A stretch of DNA of 44,948 bases, counting the filler, from an uncultured Methanosarcinales archaeon (GTDB taxonomy: Archaea; Nanobdellota; Nanobdellia; Woesearchaeales; DSVV01), in the NCBI GenBank assembly GCA_964593285.1. It is 8 parts of 8 records of this genome, joined end to end, with 100 filler letters (N's around TTAATTAATTAA, not from the genome) between each part and the next. Parts side by side here need not be neighbours in the genome. Positions count along the whole stretch, not along the records: positions 22,593 to 28,817 come from CAZQHZ010000033.1; positions 28,918 to 34,393 come from CAZQHZ010000034.1; positions 34,494 to 39,768 come from CAZQHZ010000035.1; 5 more parts are not named here. One strand, 5' to 3'. The notes below the pieces were generated by a model. The model did no database searches. It had not been told where the DNA came from and was given only the letters and a program-made list of their open reading frames with translations. Both the position numbers and the translations under genes were made by a program. Positions within the stretch are counted from its first letter, which is position 1. Every line of letters starts with the position of its first letter. This document shows, in pieces, positions 27,535 through 37,800 of the stretch.

Positions 27535-28770
27535 TTAAAATATTAAGCTAAATGGATTAAATATATAACTAGTAAAGAGCATAAATAATATTACAAATAA
27601 GAAAAATATGCCAATATATTTCCAAAATTTTAATCCTGTTTTTTCATTTTTAAATAAACGTTTAAATGCTAATCTTGTCATATGTCCGCCATCTAAAGGA
27701 CCTGCTGGAAGTAAATTCATCAAACCAATACCTAAATTTAATAAAAATAACCACATAAATAAATCTTTAAACCAAAAAAACACAGTTGATTTTATTCCTT
27801 TATATTTATCATTGATTATAATTTCATTTTGGGATGGATGAATTCCTACATAAGCTAAATTATTATCTTCTGGATGATTTATTGTATTTACATTATAAGC
27901 TATATCATCTGCAATAATTGTTATTTGTTCACCTGGTTTAATTCGTAGCATTTCTCTTCTAAAATCAGAAAAGGTTTTTATATCAATATTATTAATTGAA
28001 GTGATTATAGAATTATTAATCATTCCAGCTTTTTTTGAAGGTACATCATTTTCATCAACTAAGACAAATGAAAATCCAACATTTTCAGTCATATTATTTG
28101 TAATTGGAATAAATAGGAAGATAAAAGGTATTAAAACAATTATTGCAAGTATTATGTTAGCCATAGGTCCTGCTGCATAAATTGAGTATTGTATAATATC
28201 ACTTTTTTTTTTTAATTCTTTTTCATCAGGTTCAACGAAAGCCGCAGGAAGCAATGGAAGGCCAATTCCAAAAATTGCAAAACCAGTTTTTTTTATTTTT
28301 AATCCATGAGCTTTTGCAATAACTCCATGAGCAAATTCATGAACAATTGCTAATATAAATATAGAAATTAAAAAATACCAAAAAGATAAATATCCAATTC
28401 CTGGAATTGTTGTAAAAGGTAAAACCAATGCAACACCTGCTTCTTCTACTTTTGGTTTTAAAATTATTATAAATAATTGCCAAATTAAAGTTATTGAAAC
28501 AAATAAAATACCAAAAAAACCAAAACCAATAAAACAATATCCAATTAATTTAATTAACTCACGATATTTAGAAGAAATTTTTTCCATAAATTTTATTCCA
28601 ATTGTTGTATCATATCTAATTAGATATATAAAAAATCCAATAATTTTTTCGATTTTTATTTTATCCCTTTTAGAATATAAAAAAATTGATAAAGCAAGTA
28701 AGAAAATTATTGCACTTAAAGTGTCAAAATTAATCTTTTGAAAAAATTCAAAGAATTGATTTGTTTTCAT
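27535..28770 (-). CDS. Site-2 protease (M50) with PDZ-like domain
   Basis: HEFAH, AAFVEPDE, AGPMAN, NLLPAGPLDGG. Confidence 0.93.
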   Translation of the reverse strand: MKTNQFFEFFQKINFDTLSAIIFLLALSIFLYSKRDKIKIEKIIGFFIYLIRYDTTIGIKFMEKISSKYRELIKLIGYCFIGFGFFGILFVSITLIWQLFIIILKPKVEEAGVALVLPFTTIPGIGYLSFWYFLISIFILAIVHEFAHGVIAKAHGLKIKKTGFAIFGIGLPLLPAAFVEPDEKELKKKSDIIQYSIYAAGPMANIILAIIVLIPFIFLFIPITNNMTENVGFSFVLVDENDVPSKKAGMINNSIITSINNIDIKTFSDFRREMLRIKPGEQITIIADDIAYNVNTINHPEDNNLAYVGIHPSQNEIIINDKYKGIKSTVFFWFKDLFMWLFLLNLGIGLMNLLPAGPLDGGHMTRLAFKRLFKNEKTGLKFWKYIGIFFLFVILFMLFTSYIFNPFSLIF

Positions 28771-28817
28771 TATTTGTATTTAATTTTTATTATCATTTAA
28801 AAAGGTTTTCATTACCA

Positions 28818-28917
28818 NNNNNNNNNNNNNNNNNNNNNNNNNNNNNNNNNNNNNNNNNNNNTTAATTAATTAANNNNNNNNNNNNNNNNNNNNNNNNNNN
28901 NNNNNNNNNNNNNNNNN
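28818..28917. other. Artificial contig linker
   Basis: N-TTAATTAATTAA-N. Confidence 0.98.
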
Positions 28918-28959
28918 TAAATAAAAACTTTTTTAAAAAGAAACAATTTTTATAATATA

Positions 28960-30834
28960 ATGAGAAAAAATAAATTATTCTTAGTATGTATTATTTTAAT
29001 ATTTTTTATATTTAGTTTAAATAATGTTTGTGCAGAAAATATTTTTGAAAACAAAAATCATATGGTTTTACTTGCAACAACACAATCTGGTGAAATTGAA
29101 AAAGGTGGGGTTGCAGATTTATATCTTAAGGTAACAAAAGGTAGTGGTACTGTTTATATGGATGCATATTCATTAACTAAACTTGATACACAAATTTCAA
29201 TTAGGTTTGCAAAAGAAATTGCATGTAATTATCTTGAAATTGATTGTAATAATTATGATTTTTTTTACACAATTCAGTCAGATTCAATAATTATTGGTGG
29301 GCCTAGTGCAGGTGCTGCATTAACTACACTTACTATTGCAACATTAAAAGATTTAAAAATAGATAAAAAAACAGCAGTTACAGGAACAATTAATTCGGGC
29401 GGTTTTATTGGCAATGTTGGAGGAATACAAGAAAAAATATATGCAGGTTACAGTGCAGGGATTAACAAAATAATTATTCCAAAAGGATCATTAAAAAGAT
29501 CAATAAATTCAAATAATAGTCATGGAGATGAAAAAAAAAATATTTCTAATTTTATTTTAGAAAATGACATTACAATTGTTGAAGTTACAAGTATTGATGA
29601 AGTTATAAAAGAGTTTACTGGAAAAGAATTTACAGGTAATAAAGCAAAAAAAGAAATTAATGTTTCTAAAAAGTATTTAGAAATTATGGAAAATGTTAGA
29701 AATAAATTATGTAATAGAACTAATAATTTGTTAGATAATGTTACTTTAATAAATGATACATTGTATTTAGATGCAAAAGATTTAATCAATAAATCTGAAT
29801 TTTTTGTAAAAGAAAATGCTTATTATTCGTCTGCAAGTTTTTGTTTTGGAGCAAATATTAAACTAAATAATTTAGTTTTAAAACAATCTAATTTAACAAA
29901 AGATCAATTATTTGAAATAGCAATTAATTTAGAAGAGAATGTTAGTTTTTATAATGATTATATAAATGAAAAAAAAATTGATACTCTATCAAAATTACAA
30001 ACTTTCATTATAGTAAATGAAAGAATAATTGAATCAGATGAATATTTAGAAATTGTATTTGATTTAATTTCTGAATATGATAATTTAGATGGTAATCGTA
30101 CTAATACGACCAAAATAAAACAAGAAAAATTAATTGAAAAAATTAAAGAAAATTTAGCATATTCAAAGGAGCGTTTTATGAGTGCAGTTTTTTGGTCTGA
30201 ATTTTTTATATTACCTGGAAAAAAATTTGATATCAATAACGAAGTTTTAAAAAATTCATGCACTCAAAAATTACATGAGGCACAAGAGAGAATACAATAT
30301 ACAAGTATTTATTTTCCAGCTAATTTTATAAATTTAAATGAACAATTAAATTCTGCTTATTTAGATAGAGAAAAGAAAAATTATGAATTATGTCTATTTA
30401 GAGCTTCAAAAGTAAAAGCACAAGCTAATTTAATTTTAGATTCATTAAGTATTACAGAAAATGTAATTATAAATTATTTAGATATAAAATTTGATCATAT
30501 CAAAGATGTAATTATTAAACAACAAGAAAATAAAAATTTTCCAATTTTAGGTTATAGCTATTATGAATATGCAAAAAGTCTTTCAGTTAATGACCCATCA
30601 TCAGCACTATTATATTCAGAGTATGCACTTGAATTGAGTAATTTAGAATTATATTTTAAAGAACAAACCTTTTCTTTTAAAAATCATAATTTACCAATAA
30701 ATAAAACCTTAATTTATTTTTTTTTAATAGGTTTTTTTATTGGAATTATATTTATTGCTTTATTTTTGATACCAAATTACATCAATAATAAAGAAAAAAA
30801 TAATCATATAAAAATAAAGATTAAGCATAAATAA
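28960..30834 (+). CDS. Archaeal secreted/membrane-anchored S16 (Lon-like) serine protease
   Basis: Signal peptide, GGPSAGAA, TGTINSGGFIGNVGGIQEK (Ser-Lys dyad), C-terminal TM; no ATPase domain. Confidence 0.88.
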   Translation: MRKNKLFLVCIILIFFIFSLNNVCAENIFENKNHMVLLATTQSGEIEKGGVADLYLKVTKGSGTVYMDAYSLTKLDTQISIRFAKEIACNYLEIDCNNYDFFYTIQSDSIIIGGPSAGAALTTLTIATLKDLKIDKKTAVTGTINSGGFIGNVGGIQEKIYAGYSAGINKIIIPKGSLKRSINSNNSHGDEKKNISNFILENDITIVEVTSIDEVIKEFTGKEFTGNKAKKEINVSKKYLEIMENVRNKLCNRTNNLLDNVTLINDTLYLDAKDLINKSEFFVKENAYYSSASFCFGANIKLNNLVLKQSNLTKDQLFEIAINLEENVSFYNDYINEKKIDTLSKLQTFIIVNERIIESDEYLEIVFDLISEYDNLDGNRTNTTKIKQEKLIEKIKENLAYSKERFMSAVFWSEFFILPGKKFDINNEVLKNSCTQKLHEAQERIQYTSIYFPANFINLNEQLNSAYLDREKKNYELCLFRASKVKAQANLILDSLSITENVIINYLDIKFDHIKDVIIKQQENKNFPILGYSYYEYAKSLSVNDPSSALLYSEYALELSNLELYFKEQTFSFKNHNLPINKTLIYFFLIGFFIGIIFIALFLIPNYINNKEKNNHIKIKIKHK

Positions 30835-30844
30835 TTATTTTTCT

Positions 30845-30893
30845 AAAAAAAACCCTTGCTCATACTTTCATTAGATGAAAGCATGAGCGCGGG
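30845..30893 (-). terminator. GC-rich hairpin followed by U8 on the minus strand (terminator or part of a small RNA)
   Basis: Minus strand CCC-GC-GCTCATGCTTTCAT-CTA-ATGAAAGTATGAGC-AA-GGG-TTTTTTTT. Confidence 0.55.
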
Positions 30894-31053
30894 AAAAAGA
30901 GGTGATTATGATATTATATTAAACATATTGTTTAATTTTAACTTACTATAAAGTAGGTACAACTTATATTTAAATGTTTTGTTTTTAAGTATTATTAAGT
31001 GGTGACAAAAGTATGAAGAAAATATTTAAACTAAAAAAATTTTTTTAACAAAA

Positions 31054-31560
31054 ATGAAAAAAATAATTGTTTTTATAATATTATTATTTTTAGCAGGTCT
31101 TAGTATTATCTGGCTATCGTTAACAACTGGCACAGTTAGAATTATTGATGATTTTAATTATGCAACAGAAAATTTAAAAAATAAAAGAAATTATAATGAA
31201 AATATTTTTAAGATATATAATTTAAAATTTTTTGATAGTTTATTAATTTCTGATTATTTAAATAAAAGTTTAACTAATACTAATAATCAAAATTTATGTT
31301 TAAATGAAAATAAAACAGAAATTATAATTATAGATATCATAACTTATAATTATAATCTTCCATTTGAATGTAAATTTTTTATAAATAATAATTTAAAATT
31401 AACTAAAGTTATTAACAAAGTAGAATGTGGTAATTATTGTCAGGATAAAGAAAGCATTTTTAGCTTTGATTTTGGAAATTATAGTATATTTAAAGATCAT
31501 GAAATAAATATTTGTTGTAATAATCATTGCAATAAAAAAATTTTAGAAAAAATTTGTTAA
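31054..31560 (+). CDS. Hypothetical membrane-anchored/secreted Cys-containing protein
   Basis: N-terminal hydrophobic segment; 8 Cys, mostly C-terminal. Confidence 0.65.
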   Translation: MKKIIVFIILLFLAGLSIIWLSLTTGTVRIIDDFNYATENLKNKRNYNENIFKIYNLKFFDSLLISDYLNKSLTNTNNQNLCLNENKTEIIIIDIITYNYNLPFECKFFINNNLKLTKVINKVECGNYCQDKESIFSFDFGNYSIFKDHEINICCNNHCNKKILEKIC

Positions 31561-31676
31561 TTGATAACAATTTTTTGTATATTCATGTAAAAATTGCAAA
31601 CTTTAGTATTTTTTTAGAAATTTTTCATCTTTTTAACAAATATATTTATTAATAATAAATGCATACTATATACAAA

Positions 31677-31973
31677 ATGGCATTTTCAAAATCTTTTCCA
31701 AAAACTACTGAAAAATCAACATATCCAAAATGGATAGAAATTTTTTTAACTAAAAGAGAAGAAGAAAACTGTGAATTAAATGCTAAAAAAAATAATATTG
31801 AATTAATGAAAGAATGTATTGATGATGCAAAAAAAATTGTTGAAGATAAAAATTTGAAAAAATTTCAATCAGATATGATAAAAATTGCAATTTCTTTATT
31901 TGAAAAAAGGGCATCTTATGCTATTCATTATAAAGAAAATTTAGCTAAGGAAAAATTTGATTTAGAAAATTAA
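31677..31973 (+). CDS. Conserved-looking hypothetical protein
   Basis: MAFSKSFPK..YPKWIEI...CIDDAK...SLFEKRAS; second ATG favoured; stop overlaps the convergent gene. Confidence 0.7.
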   Translation: MAFSKSFPKTTEKSTYPKWIEIFLTKREEENCELNAKKNNIELMKECIDDAKKIVEDKNLKKFQSDMIKIAISLFEKRASYAIHYKENLAKEKFDLEN

Positions 31974-33385
31974 ATAAATTTTTCTAAAAATTTTTGTGTA
32001 TAATTTAATACAAAATCAACTTCAATTATTGTTGGCATTTTATTTTCTTTTAGAAAATTATTTTTAATTTTTTCAATTTTTTGTATTTCTTCTACATGTG
32101 GTATATTTAATTCTCTTGATAAATTTTCAATTAATGAATTAAAATATATGTTATTTGAATTAAAAATTTCAAGATTTTTTTCTTTTAATTTATAAAATAT
32201 TGATAAATAACAATTTAAAACACATAAGCCAAGAGAATAATTTGCAGTATAAAAAAAATTATCATTTATTAAATTATTTTCATCATTTTCATAATTTAAT
32301 GATTTAGTTTCATTTGATTGAGATTTATATAATGAAAAAATATTTTTATTTTCATCAAAATTTTCATTATTAACATCATCATTTTCAATATTTAATTCTT
32401 CTGTAGAATTTGAAATATTATCAATAATCTCTTCAAATAATATTGTATTTTTTTCAGTTATTTCTTCAAAATTATCTATATAAAGTTCATCATTTTTAAT
32501 AAAAAAATTATAAACTAATTTTTTATTTACATTGTTTAATATTTCTTTAAATTTTTTTGAATATTCAATAATTTTATCTTCCAAAATTTTTAAATTTTGA
32601 TTTTCTGTGTCTATTTCTTTTTTTATGGTTTCTGTTGTTTCTTCATTAAATGAAAAATAAAAATTTTGTTTTTGTTTATTTAATTCAAATATTTCTAAAT
32701 TATTGTAATTTAATAAATAAACATCAGAAAAATTATTTGTCGATTCAAAATTTAATCCATAAACACAGCTAATAACTAAATAATCATAATTATTTTTATT
32801 TTTAATATAAAAAGAACCAGAAATTTCTTTATTAGTTCGTTTTTTGATAATTATTGCGACATTTAAAAACTTATTATCTTTTATTTTTAATATATTATCA
32901 ATTGAAAAATAATATGCATAAATTGATAAAATTGCATTAATTAAATCATCTATATTATTAATATTAGTTATTCTTATTTCTTTAAAATCATAATCAGTTG
33001 TACTTGAAATTAAATCAACGCTAAATTTTTTATTAGATGAAATCATCTCATTTAATGGTAAATTTTCATCAATACTAAAAGAATTATAAGCTTCATTAAT
33101 TGCCTCATTAATTTCATTTGGTAATTTTTGGTTTAAAATTAATTTTTGAATTTCATTTGAGATATGATTAGTTTTATCTTTATCTTCACTAGTTATAATA
33201 TGTAGTAAATTTATAATTTTATTTTTAATATTGGCTTCTTTTATAAAATAATTAAAAACACCACCACTAATAACAAAACCTTCATTTATTTTTACTAATT
33301 TAGATAAATTATTGTAGGTTTTTGCAGTTTTTCCAACCTCATTTAATGATTGTTCATCTAAATTATTTAATGAATAAATTACCAT
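31970..33385 (-). CDS. Degenerate PEP/pyruvate-binding (PPDK_N-like) domain protein
   Basis: EVGKTAKT (cf. VGGKA), GFVIS..FNYF, IQKLILNQKLP..I..AY, SCVYGL; no phosphohistidine or PEP-utiliser domain recognised. Confidence 0.6.
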   Translation of the reverse strand: MVIYSLNNLDEQSLNEVGKTAKTYNNLSKLVKINEGFVISGGVFNYFIKEANIKNKIINLLHIITSEDKDKTNHISNEIQKLILNQKLPNEINEAINEAYNSFSIDENLPLNEMISSNKKFSVDLISSTTDYDFKEIRITNINNIDDLINAILSIYAYYFSIDNILKIKDNKFLNVAIIIKKRTNKEISGSFYIKNKNNYDYLVISCVYGLNFESTNNFSDVYLLNYNNLEIFELNKQKQNFYFSFNEETTETIKKEIDTENQNLKILEDKIIEYSKKFKEILNNVNKKLVYNFFIKNDELYIDNFEEITEKNTILFEEIIDNISNSTEELNIENDDVNNENFDENKNIFSLYKSQSNETKSLNYENDENNLINDNFFYTANYSLGLCVLNCYLSIFYKLKEKNLEIFNSNNIYFNSLIENLSRELNIPHVEEIQKIEKIKNNFLKENKMPTIIEVDFVLNYTQKFLEKFI

Positions 33386-33387
33386 TT

Positions 33388-34392
33388 TTATCTTGTAACT
33401 TGATAAGATTTAACTTTTTCTAATAATTCTCTTGCATTACTATCATTTTCAAAATGTTTTCTAATTGGATCAATTATTTCATTAATATATAGTCCAACTG
33501 ATTTTTTTAAATCACCTGGGTGCAATTCTTTTTTAACAAAAGAATTTTCTAATTCATTATATGAATTAAACGAAATATCTCCTCCAAATTTTTCTGGTCT
33601 ATTAATTTTAAAGCAATCAAATTTTTCAAAAATGATATATTTACAATATTCTAATATTGGATTATCTTCTTTTATTCCTTCTGGACAATATGCTTTATTT
33701 ATTTTTTTGACAATTTCATCTTTTGTGTCTGTAACAAATACTGCTGAATCTGGTTTTGATTTTGACATTTTTAATTCAATTGCCCTATCAACTGCATTTT
33801 CTGCCTCTGAATTTTGTTGAATTAATCCAAGAAGCATCCTATGACTTATTGAAATCGGTTTATAAAATCCTATTTTTGGTCCAATTTCTCTTGCAAGCAT
33901 ATTAACTTTTCTTTGATCTAATCCTAATTGACAAATATCAGCTTTTAAATAAAAAATGTCAGCAGTTTGCATACAAGGATATAGTATTTGTGCAGCACTT
34001 AATGAGTCAGATTCATTTCTGCCCATAATTTGTGAACATCGTAGTACCCGTTTTAAAGTTGAATTTCTTGAAACATCCATCACAATTTTCCAATAATTTT
34101 CATCTTTAACTAAATCACTTGCAAAAACAAATTCAACATTATCTAAATCCATACCGCATGCTTTCCAAACTTCAATAAAATATTTTCCAACAGTTTGTAT
34201 TTTTTCTAAATCTCCACCCATCTTGTTGTTGGCCCATGCATGCCAATCTGCAACAAACATTTTAAATTTAATTCCAGCTTTTATTAATTTGTTGATATTA
34301 ATTGTTCTAATAACTGATTGTGCAATATGAATTTTTCCGGATGGTTCAAATCCATCATATGCAATAATTTCTTTTTTAGAATTTAATAATTC
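33388..34392 (-). CDS. tyrS: Tyrosine--tRNA ligase (5' end on the other contig)
   Basis: Frame is open upstream of the ORF call: YDGFEPSGKIHIAQ; FVADWHA; YPCMQTAD; QLGLDQRK; KMSKS. Confidence 0.95.
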   Translation of the reverse strand, partial: ELLNSKKEIIAYDGFEPSGKIHIAQSVIRTININKLIKAGIKFKMFVADWHAWANNKMGGDLEKIQTVGKYFIEVWKACGMDLDNVEFVFASDLVKDENYWKIVMDVSRNSTLKRVLRCSQIMGRNESDSLSAAQILYPCMQTADIFYLKADICQLGLDQRKVNMLAREIGPKIGFYKPISISHRMLLGLIQQNSEAENAVDRAIELKMSKSKPDSAVFVTDTKDEIVKKINKAYCPEGIKEDNPILEYCKYIIFEKFDCFKINRPEKFGGDISFNSYNELENSFVKKELHPGDLKKSVGLYINEIIDPIRKHFENDSNARELLEKVKSYQVTR

Positions 34393-34393
34393 A

Positions 34394-34493
34394 NNNNNNN
34401 NNNNNNNNNNNNNNNNNNNNNNNNNNNNNNNNNNNNNTTAATTAATTAANNNNNNNNNNNNNNNNNNNNNNNNNNNNNNNNNNNNNNNNNNNN
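34394..34493. other. Artificial contig linker
   Basis: N-TTAATTAATTAA-N. Confidence 0.98.
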
Positions 34494-34834
34494 TTAAATA
34501 AAATGATTAAATTTTTTAATTAATTTAAACCTAAAAAAATATTAATAAAACCAATTTAACCTTTTGGAAAAGTTAAGAAAAATAATTTAAAATTTGCTTT
34601 AAGTTTAATTGAAATTATTGTTATTTTAAAAATTAATTAGAATAAAATTAATGCTTTTTTTCTTTAATGTTTTTTAATAATTAAAAAAATAAATTTTTTA
34701 ATTTTAATTATTTAAATTATGAAAAATCAAAAAATGAAAAATGCATTGAATGTAAGTTTTTTCAAAAATGTATTGGTATGCCTGAAGATTATGTTGATTT
34801 ATTTGGAATAAAAGAAATAATTAATTTTAAATAA
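34494..34834 (+). pseudogene. 3' part of a second copy of the HxsC-like rSAM (pseudogene or low-quality contig end)
   Basis: Collinear with 2168-2503; distal part reads LNYEKSKNEKCIECKFFQKCIGMPEDYVDLFG; proximal part has 4 in-frame stops and a 1-nt shift. Confidence 0.8.
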
Positions 34835-34865
34835 TTAGTTGTAATAATTTTTTTAAATATTTAAA

Positions 34866-37800
34866 ATGAACAAAGATAATATTAAAGTAACTTTTATTAA
34901 TCCTTTTTGGAATTTTAAAAAATTAATAGTTCCTTTCAATTTATTAAATATTGCATCTTTTATAGAATATAATAATTTTAATACATCAATAATTGATTTA
35001 AATTATGAATTAATTAATTTTAGAATTTTAAATAATGATTTATTTGTTAATAAATCAATAGATATTATAAAAAAAGAAAAAACTGAATTTGTTTGTATTA
35101 ATTGTGAAATGGTTGATTTTCCTTTTTGTTTTAAATTAATTCCATTATTAAAAAAAGAAATACCTCAATTAAAAATAATTTTATTTGGAGATTTTGTTTA
35201 TAATTTTTATAAAAAGTTATTTCAAGTTTTACCTATTGATTTTATTATTTATGATAAAATTAATTTAAATTTATTAGATTTTTTAAATAAGTATTTATTG
35301 AATAATTCTTTTGAAAATATAAATGATGTTTCTGGTTTAATTTATAAAGATATTAATGAAAATATTAAAAAAAATAATGTAAATAAATCCTTTATTTATA
35401 AAAATAAAACTTTTAAATTACCAAAATATAATTTATTAAAAAATTTTAATAATTATATTAAAAAAAATGACTTTGAATTTTTTATATCTTGTTTAAATAA
35501 TGATTATTATGATAATTATATTAAAACTAAATATTATAATTATTATTTTAATAAAAAGGAAAATGATTTAAAAAATATAAAAAATATTATAAATGAAATT
35601 ATTTTTTTAAAAAAGAAATATCAAATTAATAATTTTTCATTTGGGAATTTTTGTTTAACTAATGATTTAAATTGGTTTAATAATTTATTAAAATCTTTAA
35701 TTCCATTAAATATAAGTATTAGTGGTTTTATTAAAATTAATGATGTAAATAAAAATATTTTATTATTAATGAAAAATGCTGGTTTCAAAAAAGTATATCA
35801 AAATATAAATTCTGGAAGTTTAAGATTAAGACAAATTTTAAATAATGATTTTTTTGATGATTTAACTAATGAAGAAATTTTTAAAAAAATAAATTATCAA
35901 ATTAAATTAAATTTAATTCCTATTTGCATTTTTAATGTTGGTATTTTTTCAGAAGAAAAAGAAGAATTTAATAAAACAATTAAATTTGCAAAAAAATTAA
36001 ATTTAGTTGGTGCAAAAATAAAATTAAAAATTCAAAATATTCATCCAAAAATAATTTCTAACAAATATTTTTTAGGTAGGTATGTTTTTATTTATAAATG
36101 GAATCTTTTTAGTCAATCTAATTTTTTTGATTTAGAGCAACGTATGTTTTTTAGTAAAATTTTATGTCAAATTGATATTTTTAATTTAGACAATTATATT
36201 TTTAAGTCAATTTTATCAATTGAAGAGTTTATTAATTTATATAAATGTGCTTTAACTGAATTAAATTTAATTAAAAAAGAAGATTATTTATTAATAAAAC
36301 CACCAATTGAAGAAATTTTTTCTGAGTCATATATTAATAAAAATGATTTAAATCAGGAAAATTGTGCATTTTTCAATCATGCTTCCCAACCTTATGGTTT
36401 ATTAAAAATAAGTTCTTATTTAAAATATCATGGAAAAAATGTTTCTTTTATTAATTGTTCTTCTGAAGGACCAAACTTTAAAAAAAATTCAATATATAAT
36501 GTTAAATTTAAAAATCATATAAAGACGGGGGATGGTAAACTAAAAAAATCAATATTTCATTGTGGTTTAGACTATTTTAATTTTAAAAAAATACTACTAA
36601 AAATAAAAAATCCACCTAATATTATTTTTATTACTTCAACAATGACCTATCATTTTAGACCAGTTCATAAAATAATTGAAATTTGTAAAAAAATTTTTCC
36701 CAATTCACTTATTATTGTTGGAGGAATATATGCAAGTATTTCTCCTGAGCATTTATTAAAAACAAATGTAGATTTTGTTTTTTGTGGTCAATTTATGGAT
36801 GCTGAAAATTTTAATTCTGATTTAGATATTTTAGATTACAAACCAGACTATGCAATAATTAAATCTACAAGGGGATGTCCAAACAAATGCAGTTATTGTG
36901 CAGTTCATATGATTGAAGGGAATAAAATGTTTTTTAGAAATTATAAAGATACATTTAACGAAATTAAACAAAAATATGATAAAGGTATTAAAAGTTTTGT
37001 TTTTTGGGAATCTAATTTATTAATAAATTTTAAAAATCATTTTGGAAAAATTTTAGATTTAATCATAAAATACAATTTAAAAGTAGATTTACTTGCACCA
37101 GAAGGTCTTCAGCCAAATTTAATTAATTATTCTTTAGCTAAAAAAATGAAAAAAGCGGGTTTTAATAAAATTAGTTTGCCTCTAGAAACTTCTGATAAAA
37201 AATTAGAATTAAAATTAAATAGACCATCTAAGTTAAATTTTTTTAAAAACGCAATAGAAATTTTTAATAATGTAGGTATTAAAAGATATAATATTGGTTG
37301 TTTTATTCTAATAGGTTTACCTAATCAAGATATAGATGACGTTATTAATTCTTTAATTATTGTTTGGGAATCAGGTGCATTTGTTAGAATTATGCCATTT
37401 ACTCCTATACCAAATACAAAAGAATATATTGATAATTATGATTTTTTGAAAAATAAGGAATATCATAAATTATCTCCTAATTTATATCCTTTTTCAAATA
37501 AATTTTTTTCTAGTTATGATATTGAAATTTTATCAAAATTCCATGGTATTTTTGAACCTATTTTTTTCTATTTATCTATTTGTACAAAATCAGATATTGA
37601 CTATAAAATTATTTCAAAAATTAAAAATTCAAAAAAAATATGGGACAATTTTTATTCTAATTTTAAATATTTTTATTGGTCAAATGATATCGTTGATACA
37701 ATAATTATTGATTTTATTAAAAACATTAATAATAATTTAAATAAAAAAATTTATAATAATTTAAATGTTTTAGATATTGGATGTGGTTTAGGTAGAAATT

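Noticed and set aside
30908..30922. SD-led micro-ORF MILY as a leader peptide
   Set aside because: Four codons and no regulatory context; kept only as part of the sRNA observation
34494..34834. Possible DGR template/variable repeat pair with 2168-2503
   Set aside because: Mismatches are not restricted to adenines and no reverse transcriptase is visible; paralogy plus poor sequence explains it
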